A stretch of 64,000 bases of DNA. Origin: a virus. Under the pieces are notes generated by a model. That model made no database searches and was not told where the DNA came from. It worked only from the letters and a program-made list of their open reading frames with translations. The DNA lies in IMG/VR virus record IMGVR_UViG_3300036820_000013, positions 15,081 through 79,080 of that record. One strand, 5' to 3'. The position numbers and the translations under genes are program-made. Of the stretch, positions 45,624 through 55,228 are shown one piece after another; positions within the stretch are counted from its first letter, which is position 1; each line of letters starts with the position of its first letter.

Positions 45624-46052
45624 TCAGGCAACCGGCCAGGCGATCGAAGGCGTACCGGTGATCGAGACGTTGTCGCCAGACGTAACCGTAGTACTCGACA
45701 AGTTCCAGTCCGAAGACAAAGTCCCGACCAAGCCTTGGATGAGCGCTGCTGCCCCCGAGTTCAAGACACGGAAGTAGTCCGCCGTTCCAGTCGCTACAGC
45801 CGTGACACTTACAGTACCGCCGAAGTCCAACAACAGGATGCCGCCTGTCGGTGCTGTAAATGCGGAAGCGGCCGCGAACGTCCAAGTGGCCAAAAGCGTC
45901 CCGATGATCGACTCGTTCGCACCTACTGGAGGAGCAGAGCCACTAGCATAGAGCTTAAGGGTGCCTGCCCCGATTGCATCTGCCAGCGAGACGCCGCTAT
46001 GCTCCAGCAGATCATCGACAAAGGTCGTACTGAGAGTGATGCCCATAGGCAT
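45624..46052 (-). CDS. Virion structural protein
   Basis: GTLKLY...P...LLAT...ATGTADYFR...IQGLVG; RBS aaggag. Confidence 0.7.
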   Translation of the reverse strand: MPMGITLSTTFVDDLLEHSGVSLADAIGAGTLKLYASGSAPPVGANESIIGTLLATWTFAAASAFTAPTGGILLLDFGGTVSVTAVATGTADYFRVLNSGAAALIQGLVGTLSSDWNLSSTTVTSGDNVSITGTPSIAWPVA

Positions 46053-46053
46053 G

Positions 46054-46353
46054 TTAGGACTCCTTAGCTGAAGCCTTCTTGACACGGCCCGTAACGGTGA
46101 CGTAGGTGATGCCGCCCTCACCCTTGACCTTGGTGTACGCTGTCTTACTCGGCACGAGACCTGCGGTGCGAGCGTCTTCCTGCCAGTTCTCAACAGCCTT
46201 CACCAGCTGCTCATCACTCGGTGTCGGCGGCCAACAGACGAGCCGATACGTCTGAGAGAACTCCGCCGTGGCAGCAGGCTTAGCTGCTGTCTTCGGATAC
46301 TGCGTACCCTTACCGACGAGGCCCGCCTTTGCCTCTTCTTCTTCAGCCATCAT
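46054..46353 (-). CDS. Hypothetical protein after the capsid gene
   Basis: RBS gaggagg. Confidence 0.7.
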   Translation of the reverse strand: MMAEEEEAKAGLVGKGTQYPKTAAKPAATAEFSQTYRLVCWPPTPSDEQLVKAVENWQEDARTAGLVPSKTAYTKVKGEGGITYVTVTGRVKKASAKES

Positions 46354-46373
46354 TCGCCTCCTCAGGCGGTAAG

Positions 46374-46406
46374 GCGGAGCGGCCTGCCGAAATCAGGCCG
46401 CTCCGC
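46374..46406 (-). terminator. Hairpin after the major capsid gene
   Basis: Perfect 13-bp stem gcggagcggcctg/caggccgctccgc. Confidence 0.75.
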
Positions 46407-46412
46407 ACCGCT

Positions 46413-47516
46413 CTAGTTGGTCGTCTCGACCATCGAGAAGGCGAACTCCGTGCCCATCGAGAACGCGCGCCTCATGCGCCCGCGGAGGATGGTCGTGTCG
46501 GTGCCGCTGTACATTGGCGGCACGATCTGGAACTCGGGAGTCCCGGCAGGGTTGTTCGGGTTCGTGGTCCTCTTGCCGGCCAGGAGGTACAGCCGGTTGC
46601 AGAACGTGAGAAGCCTGTTGCCCACCGTTCCCGCAGGCACCGCAGCCGTACCACTGGCTCCTGTGAATGCCGCCGGCGAGCTAGTCGGAGCGGTCGTCAC
46701 GACCGAACCGAGGCTCCAGAACACTGGAACCCGGAAGATCAGGTCCGGGGTTGCGCCCTGGCCGCCACCTGGGAACCCGTTCGAGGACTCCTGGAAGATC
46801 GGCCGGTTGTTACCATCCACGATCCCGCGCAGCGCCTGCCTGAAGAACGGATGAGCGATGCAGATGATGTCCTCTTCGTTGAAGTAGTCGCCCTGCTCGA
46901 CCGCTCCCAAAGCCTGCGACAGGACAGCATACGTCGGCTGCCCGTTCGTGGATAGCGTTCCAGCCCCACCGGTACCGGCTGAGGTAGCGAACAGGTTTGC
47001 GCCTGCCACGTAGCCAGTCCCGGAAGTCGCCGCTGTGGTCGCAGGCTCGTACGGGTCGCCGTTCTTCAGCCCGTAGTATACCGACGTGGTCTGCGCGTTC
47101 GAAGCCCCAGGGCCCGTCTTGATCCCGATCGACGCGTTGTCGTAGACCTTCGCGAGGGCGGTGCCGATCGCGTTGGACTTCGAGTTGATGATGTCGGCCA
47201 GAGAGTCCATGATGTCCTCTTCGGCGATGTCGATCTCAGTGCCCCACTTGCCGGCGGTCAGCAGCACGGCGTCTTCAACGTTGTCGTTGGAGGTAACATC
47301 GTTCTGGCCCGCACCGAAGGGACCGTAGGTGCCGCCCTTGGCCACTAGTCCGGCCACGACGCCCTGGTCTCGCGACACGTACCGCGAGTTCGAGGTCATC
47401 ATGATCTCCTGGCCAAAGGTCTCCACCGCGCTGTGCTGGGTGACCTTCTGGATAACCTGAGCCCCATACTCAACTGGGATCCAGTTACTGAAAGTTGACT
47501 GCGGCGCAACTGCCAC
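46413..47516 (-). CDS. Major capsid protein (HK97 fold)
   Basis: WIPVEYGAQVIQ...LTAGKW...EEDI...ALAKVYD...DGNNRPIF...RMRRAF; follows the scaffold; strong codon bias. Confidence 0.92.
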   Translation of the reverse strand: MAVAPQSTFSNWIPVEYGAQVIQKVTQHSAVETFGQEIMMTSNSRYVSRDQGVVAGLVAKGGTYGPFGAGQNDVTSNDNVEDAVLLTAGKWGTEIDIAEEDIMDSLADIINSKSNAIGTALAKVYDNASIGIKTGPGASNAQTTSVYYGLKNGDPYEPATTAATSGTGYVAGANLFATSAGTGGAGTLSTNGQPTYAVLSQALGAVEQGDYFNEEDIICIAHPFFRQALRGIVDGNNRPIFQESSNGFPGGGQGATPDLIFRVPVFWSLGSVVTTAPTSSPAAFTGASGTAAVPAGTVGNRLLTFCNRLYLLAGKRTTNPNNPAGTPEFQIVPPMYSGTDTTILRGRMRRAFSMGTEFAFSMVETTN

Positions 47517-47561
47517 TGTGCCACCTTCTCTCTCATGGTCGTCACCCTAACGGTAGCCGAC

Positions 47562-48302
47562 CTATCTTAGTACCATACCCTGGCCTGGAGGCGCAGCCCC
47601 CATGACCTGATCGGCCAGCTGCTGTGCAAAGCCCTTCGGCTTCTGATCGCCGCCGTCCTTGTCCTTCCTACGGCCGTTACCCGACCCGCCATTCACGTTG
47701 GGCACGCGAGTACCAGTCGCAGCAGCGAAGAGATTCGGGAACTCCTCCTTCATCTCTTCAATCTGCTCATCCAGACCGACGAGCTCACCTTCATCGTCCA
47801 ACTCAACCTTGGCCAGATCGAGCAGACCAACCAGCTTAGCAGTGCCTTGCTGGACACCTGCGGCTCGTAGCTCGGAAGCCGCCAGAGCCTTAATCAGAGG
47901 CGCCTTCACACGCGCCTCCGCTTCGGCTGCTGCCGTCTCCTTAGCCTCGATGAGCTGCCGCTCCTCAGCTGAAGCGTGCTTCAACCGAAGTTCCTTCAGC
48001 TCCTTGTCAGCTGCCCTTCGCGCCACCCGCTCCGACGCGAGCGCCTTCTTCAGGCCTGCGTTCGGATCGTCGTCGTCGGTCTTCGACTGCTGACTCTTCG
48101 CGGCTGACTTCCTAGGCTTCCCGCCCTGGCCGCTATCCTTCTTGTCGTCAGTAGCGTCGTCCGCGGCGTCGCCCGTTGCGTCGTCTTCGGTCGCATCGCT
48201 CGTGTCGTCCTCGGTCGCGTCGTCAGTGACGTCATCCTGCACGTCATCGGTCGCGTCGTCAGTGACATCGTCGGTAACAGTGTCCCTAGCAGTGCCAGCC
48301 AT
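47562..48302 (-). CDS. Capsid scaffolding protein
   Basis: Acidic TDD-repeat N-terminus, LKKALASER coiled coil, EEFPNLF. Confidence 0.85.
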   Translation of the reverse strand: MAGTARDTVTDDVTDDATDDVQDDVTDDATEDDTSDATEDDATGDAADDATDDKKDSGQGGKPRKSAAKSQQSKTDDDDPNAGLKKALASERVARRAADKELKELRLKHASAEERQLIEAKETAAAEAEARVKAPLIKALAASELRAAGVQQGTAKLVGLLDLAKVELDDEGELVGLDEQIEEMKEEFPNLFAAATGTRVPNVNGGSGNGRRKDKDGGDQKPKGFAQQLADQVMGAAPPGQGMVLR

Positions 48303-48335
48303 CTCGGCCTCCTTCTGAGAGCCTAGTCATCTCGT

Positions 48336-49859
48336 CTAGACCTCCTCACTAGTCCCCGGCTCACCGGAACCGTCTCCTGTATCGAAGCCCTGTCCGGATT
48401 TCGAGGTTCTGAACTGGATCGTGACTCCCCACGTATCCAGCTGCTCTGGCGTGTAACCCTGCTCCTCTAGGAGCTGCCGCGGCGGCACGCCGAGCTGATC
48501 CTTAATTGCCTGCCCTTGCAGAGTAGCCAGGTCGTTGACAGTCGCTGCCGGAACCCAATGCACCTGCACCTTGGCAGGCTTCGCTTGGCCCTTTAGCTTC
48601 AGAACAAACCTGAATATGTCCCGCCAGGTCGCACCAAACGACATTTGGCGGTTGCGCACCTTCTTCGCAAAGGGCGCTTCGATTACTCGCAAGGACTCAC
48701 CCGACACATTTGACACGATTGGATCGAGGAAATGCATCGGAGTCTGTGTGATCACTGCCATCGAGTGTACGTACTGCGTGAATGGCGTCAGGAACGCGGT
48801 CGGGTCGCCGACTGGGAACTGCCCATAGGACGTAATGCCCTTCATGAACCAGACCGAAGCAGGGTCGGCTGTCAGCTGCGACTTGGGGTCCATGCCCTGG
48901 TCGAGCGTAGCTCCAGTATCGATCGAGAACGCATAGTCGCCCTCGTCGCCCATAGCGGCTTCAGAGGTGTCATAGTCCGGATCCATGATCGCCCAACGCT
49001 GCGGGAACGCGTTGTAATCGACCGAGGCCATATGGCTCACGACAAGCTTATGGATAGCATCCTGCGGCCCATAAGCATTGCCATGCTCTGGGACTCCATA
49101 AGGATACTCATTCCGGAAATGAAACACCGGAACTTCACCGAACGGATTGGGAAGCGGCCACTGATCGTCGTCGCCCGAGTCGAGACGCTTCTCCCACTTC
49201 GGCTTTTCGCCCGACTGCGGCTCTGGCGCGAGCATATACTTCTCGATCCGGTCCGGGTAGTACAAGTTCGCGAAGGTGTATCCCGTGCCGGCGTCCTGCC
49301 AACGCTTGATGGCGTAGCTCTTCTTGTTCTCGTTCTGCTCATCGTAGAACACGCGCATGACCCGCGGCGACTGATAAAAAATGTCGATCTTCGGTTGACC
49401 ATTCTCGTCCAGCTCGCCATTTGGCGCTGGCCAGACGAACAGATACGCATCCCCGAGCTTGCACGCCTTCTTCATAACGTCTGGCGCATTCAAGTCCAGA
49501 CTATTGTCTTCCCAGGCCTGCTGAATAATGTCCTTAGAGGCTGCATCAGCAGTGAAGATGGATGCGATCTCAAGGCGCTCAGCAACAGCATCAACCGGCA
49601 ACTTAGCAAAGTTGAAATTGAACACAACACCTGTCGCGCCCATTGCGATCCTGAGCCGCAGTGATGCAAAGAACTCCGGCATCGTACCGTTGTAGTACTG
49701 AATCGCCTTAACGTAGTCCGACTGTGCCTCATCAAGACTCAAGATACCGTTAGCCAGATCAGCGCCCGGGTTGTCGTAAGGCTCCGGCGCCGGCCGCGGG
49801 ATTGCCATACCAAGGAACGTGTTCCCTGGCATGAAGCCGCCCTCAAGCATAGTAGCCAT
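48336..49859 (-). CDS. Portal protein (SPP1 gp6-like)
   Basis: YYNG, FNFAKLPVD, NPFGEVPVFHF, AFPQRW, SGESLR. Confidence 0.92.
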   Translation of the reverse strand: MATMLEGGFMPGNTFLGMAIPRPAPEPYDNPGADLANGILSLDEAQSDYVKAIQYYNGTMPEFFASLRLRIAMGATGVVFNFNFAKLPVDAVAERLEIASIFTADAASKDIIQQAWEDNSLDLNAPDVMKKACKLGDAYLFVWPAPNGELDENGQPKIDIFYQSPRVMRVFYDEQNENKKSYAIKRWQDAGTGYTFANLYYPDRIEKYMLAPEPQSGEKPKWEKRLDSGDDDQWPLPNPFGEVPVFHFRNEYPYGVPEHGNAYGPQDAIHKLVVSHMASVDYNAFPQRWAIMDPDYDTSEAAMGDEGDYAFSIDTGATLDQGMDPKSQLTADPASVWFMKGITSYGQFPVGDPTAFLTPFTQYVHSMAVITQTPMHFLDPIVSNVSGESLRVIEAPFAKKVRNRQMSFGATWRDIFRFVLKLKGQAKPAKVQVHWVPAATVNDLATLQGQAIKDQLGVPPRQLLEEQGYTPEQLDTWGVTIQFRTSKSGQGFDTGDGSGEPGTSEEV

Positions 49860-50251
49860 CAATACACCGCCGGCTCTTGGAATAGTGCCACTACCAAAGC
49901 GGTAGCTGAGCTAAAGTCGATCGCGACAATCTGTGTGCCAGCCTGACTCAGGATCGAGTGGAACCCGCCAATAAAGGATAGCGAGCTCACCGGAAGTGTA
50001 ATCGAGTACGTCGTTGTACTTAGCCCTGGTAGGCCCGCCATACCGACCTGCACCGTTGCGGTACAGGCCGTTGACCCGAGGCTAAACCCGATCTGAGTCT
50101 GACCTGGAATGTTCGTAAACTGAACACCATTGCCGCTACCAGTCGCAGGCACAAGAGCATTAGCATTGCCCGCTGTCGTCAACAAAGTAGTCAGGTTGGA
50201 GACCGCGTTGTCAGCCGCAAGTATAGTTGGCGTGAGATTAGTTCTAGCCAT
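49859..50251 (-). CDS. Virion-associated protein, paralog of 35480-35857
   Basis: Shared motif; located between terminase and portal. Confidence 0.7.
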   Translation of the reverse strand: MARTNLTPTILAADNAVSNLTTLLTTAGNANALVPATGSGNGVQFTNIPGQTQIGFSLGSTACTATVQVGMAGLPGLSTTTYSITLPVSSLSFIGGFHSILSQAGTQIVAIDFSSATALVVALFQEPAVY

Positions 50252-51965
50252 CGTCGCCCACTCCTACAGGACTCCGTCGAGCATACGAATAGGTACCACC
50301 GCTCATCCGCTTCGGGACAGTCAAGAAATGCCGAGCTCCGATCTCAACAGCATCGATAATGTCCGGCTCGTCAGAGTTAGTACCGTCATACGCACACTGC
50401 TCTTGTTCCAACCGCGAAATCGGTCGTGAGTGCACCACTCGGCCTCGCTGGTACAAGTTCAGCAGTTTCGTCAGCCGAATCGGCTTTGGCAAAGCGCTCC
50501 AGGACTGAATCACTCGCACCGGCATGTGGTGGAGAACCATCGTCCAAGTATCGCGGCCCTGGTTCGTCTCGATCACAATCGCGCCGATCTCAGGCCACTG
50601 CTCGAGATACCACAGGACCGACTCGCGAAGCTGCTTCGGCCCGAGACGAACACGTGTCGCGAACTTCACAGCAATCTTCGGCTCGAGCGTGCCCCTCAGC
50701 CGCTCGATCACGCGCTCATCGTCCGGCAGAGGCAACCCAGCTCGCGGGTGCCACAAGCCCACGATCGCAATACCGGTATCGTGGGAGGTCGCATGAGCAG
50801 TTACCGCAGGGTCAAGTGCAAGTACCGTTCGAACCGTCGGCAGGTCCGCATAAATGAAGTCCTCCGAAGACCAGAACGTGCCGTTCATTGAGACCGGCTG
50901 GTTCAGGAACTCCTTCTTGTACTCCTTCGTATGTGCATGCTTCTTGAGGTACTCTAGCGACCACTTGCCTGGCCAGCAAGACCGTTCCGTACCGTCATCA
51001 TTCAGAAGAATCGGCTCATAGTAGTGAACCTCAATCTCCTGGTCCTCGATCCACTCTTCCTCAGTGTCTCCAGGATGCAGCTCAGATTCGATCAGCTGGT
51101 GCATAATCGAGCCTGGAGCAGTAACCGTTCCGACGACAATCACGCGCGCGAACTCATTCAGGTGAAACACAGTCTCGAGCATCCAGCGCAAGCGGTGACG
51201 CATAATCGTTGGACTGTAGTTCTCCTCACCCGGCTCAATGTCATCGAGGACAATCAGGTCAGGGCGCGTCTTGCCAACCTTGAGACCGCGAGCGGCGGTG
51301 CCCGAACCCTTCGCCACCATTACAAAGCCGTTACGCTGCTCAATCATGTCGGTACGACTAGCTACCAGCTTCTTGCCGACCGGGCCTCCCGGCCTACGCA
51401 CTCGAGGCTCACAGAGATCCGCAAAGTCCTGCTGAAGCAAGTCGTTCGTGTCAAACTCACCGCGGATCGTCGCGAGGTGGTTCTTGGCCTGATCAGCCGA
51501 GTCAGAGAATGCGACGATGAACTTGACGTGCTTATGAGCTGCAGCCCACACAGGCAGAAGCAGAAATAGCCAAGTGCTCTTCCCAACTCCACGAGGCGCG
51601 ACATAAGCATCGCGATGCTCCCGCGGCTTAGTCCCCTTCTCAGTCCATTCCTTAGCATGCTCCAAGAGATCAAGATGAAACTCCGCAAACGACAGCTTGT
51701 CACCCGTCTCAGGCGAGTGCAAATGCTGCGGTAGATACGTTAGTGCAAAGAGAAGCGGATCGTTCTTCGACAGCGACGCTCGCGCTGCCGGCTCGTCTCC
51801 GGCTAGTACTGCCCTATTCAAGGACCGAAGGTAGTCCTGAAACCATTTCGGCCCCTGAGGATGATCGATCAAGTTGAGCAAGAAGTCAGGGTACTCGAAC
51901 TCGTCCGGTTCGACTTCCACGCCGAACCCCGGACCGCCCTCGAAAAAGTACCCTTGACGTTCCAC
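50244..51965 (-). CDS. terL: Terminase large subunit
   Basis: APRGVGKST (Walker A), LIVLDDIE (Walker B), GT, nuclease LDPA, ETNQG, DIIDA. Confidence 0.95.
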   Translation of the reverse strand: MERQGYFFEGGPGFGVEVEPDEFEYPDFLLNLIDHPQGPKWFQDYLRSLNRAVLAGDEPAARASLSKNDPLLFALTYLPQHLHSPETGDKLSFAEFHLDLLEHAKEWTEKGTKPREHRDAYVAPRGVGKSTWLFLLLPVWAAAHKHVKFIVAFSDSADQAKNHLATIRGEFDTNDLLQQDFADLCEPRVRRPGGPVGKKLVASRTDMIEQRNGFVMVAKGSGTAARGLKVGKTRPDLIVLDDIEPGEENYSPTIMRHRLRWMLETVFHLNEFARVIVVGTVTAPGSIMHQLIESELHPGDTEEEWIEDQEIEVHYYEPILLNDDGTERSCWPGKWSLEYLKKHAHTKEYKKEFLNQPVSMNGTFWSSEDFIYADLPTVRTVLALDPAVTAHATSHDTGIAIVGLWHPRAGLPLPDDERVIERLRGTLEPKIAVKFATRVRLGPKQLRESVLWYLEQWPEIGAIVIETNQGRDTWTMVLHHMPVRVIQSWSALPKPIRLTKLLNLYQRGRVVHSRPISRLEQEQCAYDGTNSDEPDIIDAVEIGARHFLTVPKRMSGGTYSYARRSPVGVGDDG

Positions 51966-52153
51966 TACTCGCTCTTGGCCTCGAATTGTGCTCGCTGCTC
52001 GGCTTCCAGCTCATCGAGCACGGCACCGAGCTGCTGCTGAAAACTCCGAGCATGCCCAATGTGCTCGTCCACCTGAATGCTAATCGGGCCGTAGGTCGTG
52101 TGGACCTCTACCGTCGACGGCTTGGTTTCGCTACGCTTGACAAAGAAGGTCAC
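51965..52153 (-). CDS. Small hypothetical protein
   Basis: Coupled to the terminase start. Confidence 0.6.
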   Translation of the reverse strand: MTFFVKRSETKPSTVEVHTTYGPISIQVDEHIGHARSFQQQLGAVLDELEAEQRAQFEAKSE

Positions 52154-52155
52154 GA

Positions 52156-52422
52156 TCAGCTCCAGCCTCCACCGCTGTCGTAGCCCCGCTGCGGATCCGT
52201 CAGGAAGCCTCCGCCGCGGCCGGCGTTCTCTGTCGGCCTCGGGATTGGCGAGTAGGTACCGAGGTCGTCACTATCGTTGTCACCGTCAGGGCGCGATTCC
52301 GGCGGGCAGGTGTCCATTCCGCCATAGCCGCCATAATCCTCAGGGTCCTGCCACGGCAGGTTGCCGCACTGCTCGTTGACCTCCGGCGAGCGGTTATATG
52401 CCGCCCCATGACTGTCAGCCAT
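52156..52422 (-). CDS. Small acidic/Gly/Pro-rich peptide 3
   Basis: RBS aggagagg; N-terminus MADSHGAAY. Confidence 0.7.
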   Translation of the reverse strand: MADSHGAAYNRSPEVNEQCGNLPWQDPEDYGGYGGMDTCPPESRPDGDNDSDDLGTYSPIPRPTENAGRGGGFLTDPQRGYDSGGGWS

Positions 52423-52431
52423 CGCCCTCTC

Positions 52432-52677
52432 CTAAATCGTTGGAATGACGCTAGGCGTCGGCGGAATCGGCCCGTTGCCCGAATTGACAATGTCGTTCGG
52501 CTCCGTCTCAGACAAGCCGGCGAAGTTGCAAGCGTTCGTCCCCATACCGCCACTGCCTGTAAGCGGCCCGGAAATTGTATCAGCGGGGATATGCCAAGCC
52601 TCTACAGCCCCTACCTGCGTAGCTACATCTGGACCGCCAGCAGGAGCGTAGTAATCCTGAGCGTGCTGATCAGTCAC
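52432..52677 (-). CDS. Small acidic/Gly/Pro-rich peptide 2
   Basis: N-terminus MTDQHAQDYYA; coupled to peptide 1. Confidence 0.7.
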   Translation of the reverse strand: MTDQHAQDYYAPAGGPDVATQVGAVEAWHIPADTISGPLTGSGGMGTNACNFAGLSETEPNDIVNSGNGPIPPTPSVIPTI

Positions 52678-52868
52678 GAAGAGCCTCGGTGCTTGTCTCG
52701 AGCGATTGGCGCAGCGAGGCCTGGCTGGGGCGTTGTGAAGTCCGCGGGCGTATCGGACAACGCCTCCGGTGTGGTCTCGTCCGCATCGTAAGTACCGATG
52801 GGCCCAGAGTTCACAGCGGTCTCAGAACCCTGACCGGCGTAATACTGCTGAGCGTGCGCGTTGGACAT
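52674..52868 (-). CDS. Small acidic/Pro-rich peptide 1 (first gene of the late arm)
   Basis: N-terminus MSNAHAQQYYA; RBS gaaggga. Confidence 0.7.
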   Translation of the reverse strand: MSNAHAQQYYAGQGSETAVNSGPIGTYDADETTPEALSDTPADFTTPQPGLAAPIARDKHRGSS

Positions 52869-52881
52869 CTGATCGCTTCCC

Positions 52882-53001
52882 TTCGCCCTATAGCTAATTA
52901 TATCCCGATAGGCTTAAGGACGTTCTACGAAATTTCAAAAAACTCGATAAAAGCCTATTGATTAAGCGTTAGTATCTATGATATAATTAGATATAGGCGA
53001 A
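52882..53001. promoter_or_regulatory. Divergent promoter pair forming an imperfect inverted repeat
   Basis: Minus strand GATATAATTAGCTATAGGGCGAA (52904-52882); plus strand GATATAATTAGATATAGGCGAA (52980-53001) with TTGATT -35 at 52958. Confidence 0.75.
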
Positions 53002-53026
53002 ATCCGCTCGATAGAGAGGCCGATAG

Positions 53027-53362
53027 ATGGCAGAACGTGTCCAGGGGGCTGAAGGACCGCGGAGGCGGCGCTGGTACCCTTGGGATAAATGGACTGACGG
53101 GAGCGTCTGGCGTGCAACACAGACTGAAGACTTCACCTGCTCGCCTTCCAGCTTCCAGACAGCCCTCCATCAGCGTGCCAGGCAGCAGGGCCTCGACGTT
53201 ACTACAGGCAGCCCAGAGCCTGGTATCGTCGAATTCCAGTTCGTAGAAAAGGCTTCTAAACTAAACAGCCCTCTAATCATCGACCAAGACGCTCTCGAAG
53301 CTGGCTACCCGATCGATATGGACCCAGAACCTCTAGGCGGCAATGACCTCGAGGTTCAGTAA
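53027..53362 (+). CDS. Small putative DNA-binding protein (paralog of 54490-54723)
   Basis: YPWDKWTDGSVWRA.Q.EDF...F...L...AR..G. Confidence 0.7.
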   Translation: MAERVQGAEGPRRRRWYPWDKWTDGSVWRATQTEDFTCSPSSFQTALHQRARQQGLDVTTGSPEPGIVEFQFVEKASKLNSPLIIDQDALEAGYPIDMDPEPLGGNDLEVQ

Positions 53363-54294
53363 TGCCTGAACTGGACCTAGATCACCTCACGATACCACCC
53401 CCCAACATAAAGGCTATCCAAACCCGAGCAAAGATGTATCTAGAACAAAGACTAGGCGACGATCGAGGACAGCACCAGCTCCTCGAAATGATCGCAGATG
53501 CAGAATATTCGCTCCCGGATCCGCAGCTGTATCCAGACTTCCTGTCCATCGAGTTCAATGCGCCTCGATATCGTATCGACAGGCTCTGGCCATACGGCGG
53601 TACCGTGCTGCTTGCCGCTCGCTACAAGTCCGGCAAGAGCACCCTGAAGCTGAACCTCATCCGATGCCTCACTACAGGTGAGGACTTCCTAGGTCAGCCA
53701 GTCATACCAATCTCGGGCAGCGAACTTGTCCTCGACGTTAATCTCGAGGTCGACGAACGCACTCAGCAGCACTACGCGCGCCCCTTCGGCTTGCCTGCTA
53801 ACGCGGCCGTGCTAAACCTGCGCGGGCAAGCAAAGTCGTTCAATATCATTAGCGACACGATTCGCGCCCGGATCGCTTCCATGCTACGTGACATGAACGT
53901 CAAGATCCTAGTCATCGACCCACTCGGTCCGCTAATCCGAGTTTTCAACCTCACGGAGAACGCCAATGACTCAACCGGAGGAGGAGCCCTCGTTGAGGCC
54001 TTCAATCAACTCGCCCATGAAGCCGGAGATATTGACACCTTTCTCATACACCACACAGGACACAGCGCTCAACGTCGAGCTCGAGGTGGCTCGGTATTTG
54101 GCGACGCAGCCGATGCCCTATGGAGTTACCGAATCGGAGGACAAGGCGGACAGAGCGACGAGGAATTCGATCAAGATGAAAAGGGTACTCGATACTTTTC
54201 GGCGACCGGTCGACTAGAGTCTGACATGGAAGAATTCCCGGTCTTCTTCGATCAGCGCTCGCATCGCCTATCGCGCACTCCGAGCGTACTATGA
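53362..54294 (+). CDS. RecA/RepA-like AAA helicase
   Basis: LLAARYKSGKST (Walker A), NLE, LVIDP (Walker B), EN, IHHTG, RARGGS. Confidence 0.85.
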   Translation: MPELDLDHLTIPPPNIKAIQTRAKMYLEQRLGDDRGQHQLLEMIADAEYSLPDPQLYPDFLSIEFNAPRYRIDRLWPYGGTVLLAARYKSGKSTLKLNLIRCLTTGEDFLGQPVIPISGSELVLDVNLEVDERTQQHYARPFGLPANAAVLNLRGQAKSFNIISDTIRARIASMLRDMNVKILVIDPLGPLIRVFNLTENANDSTGGGALVEAFNQLAHEAGDIDTFLIHHTGHSAQRRARGGSVFGDAADALWSYRIGGQGGQSDEEFDQDEKGTRYFSATGRLESDMEEFPVFFDQRSHRLSRTPSVL

Positions 54295-54488
54295 AATTCC
54301 CAGTCTACATCCGACATAAGGTCGGCTGGTGCCCCGTCTGCGGAGCGCCGATCCTCGACGCAGGCTGGACCGACGACCCTAACGGCTGGGTACACGCTAT
54401 GCCCCTATATGAGGTCCTGCCAATAACACCAGCGGCGGGCATCCAATCGTCTACAGTCCCTCCCTGCGCTATGGCTCTATCGATATGA
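54291..54488 (+). CDS. Small CxxC protein
   Basis: WCPVCGAP; ATGA coupling. Confidence 0.55.
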   Translation: MKFPVYIRHKVGWCPVCGAPILDAGWTDDPNGWVHAMPLYEVLPITPAAGIQSSTVPPCAMALSI

Positions 54489-54489
54489 C

Positions 54490-54723
54490 ATGGCCCCGCG
54501 AATCGGACGGCCAGAGAAATACGACTGGAACGAACTAACTGACGGCACGGTCTGGAAAGCGATACAAGACGAAGACTTCAACTCAACCCTAGACGGCTTC
54601 CGCTCGCTGCTACAATATCATGCACGTAAACTAGGTACCTCAGTAGAAATTCACACTAGAGGCCAGGCAGTCTGGTTTCAGTTCCACAAGGGCGGACAGG
54701 CGGAGAGTGAGCGTAATCATTGA
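54490..54723 (+). CDS. Small putative DNA-binding protein (paralog of 53027-53362)
   Basis: GRPEKYDWNELTDGTVWKAIQDEDF. Confidence 0.7.
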   Translation: MAPRIGRPEKYDWNELTDGTVWKAIQDEDFNSTLDGFRSLLQYHARKLGTSVEIHTRGQAVWFQFHKGGQAESERNH

Positions 54724-54789
54724 AGAATGGCGTCCATTTCCTAACCAGGAAGGGCGCTACGAAAGTAAAACCTGGCAGTATATAAGGGG

Positions 54790-55227
54790 ATGAGTTGGCT
54801 GACGGTAAGTAGTCCCGATTGGGAAGCCCTAAAGGCACGATTCGAAGGCCTACGTGGTGGACGCGTCGACGAGCGCGGCCGCAGGGTCACCCGTTCCGAA
54901 GCAGAAATGCGCCGACTGTTCAATATAGGCTTGCCTAGTAGTCCAGTTGCCGAAGTCGAGCGCACACGCGCACGCACAATCGTTCGCGAGCGTGTACGCG
55001 AAGTAGACGGCGACACAAAGTACAACGATCCCTACTTCGAGCTCGAATGGATGCGCGTTACGCGCGAGAATCCTGAACTCCTCAATAACGCTGCCGAGAA
55101 CCGCAATATTCTATGGAGTGCATACTACGCTCGAGGCACTCCAAATCGCGACCGCTGGAGGCGTCGATGGACGCGCCATATGGGTCGGGAGCTATCCTCG
55201 AACGAAGTCGAGTTCGGAGACACTTAA
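54790..55227 (+). CDS. Arg-rich hypothetical protein, candidate terminal/primer protein
   Basis: 145 aa, Arg-rich and helical, just upstream of the pPolB-like gene; function inferred from context only. Confidence 0.55.
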   Translation: MSWLTVSSPDWEALKARFEGLRGGRVDERGRRVTRSEAEMRRLFNIGLPSSPVAEVERTRARTIVRERVREVDGDTKYNDPYFELEWMRVTRENPELLNNAAENRNILWSAYYARGTPNRDRWRRRWTRHMGRELSSNEVEFGDT

Positions 55228-55228
55228 G

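Noticed and set aside
48160-48285. Short gtcgcgtcgtc-type DNA repeats
   Set aside because: They encode the acidic TDD repeats of the scaffold N-terminus and are not an array or iterons.
51965-52153. Small terminase subunit
   Set aside because: The position fits, but it is only 62 aa with no recognisable HTH or TerS features.
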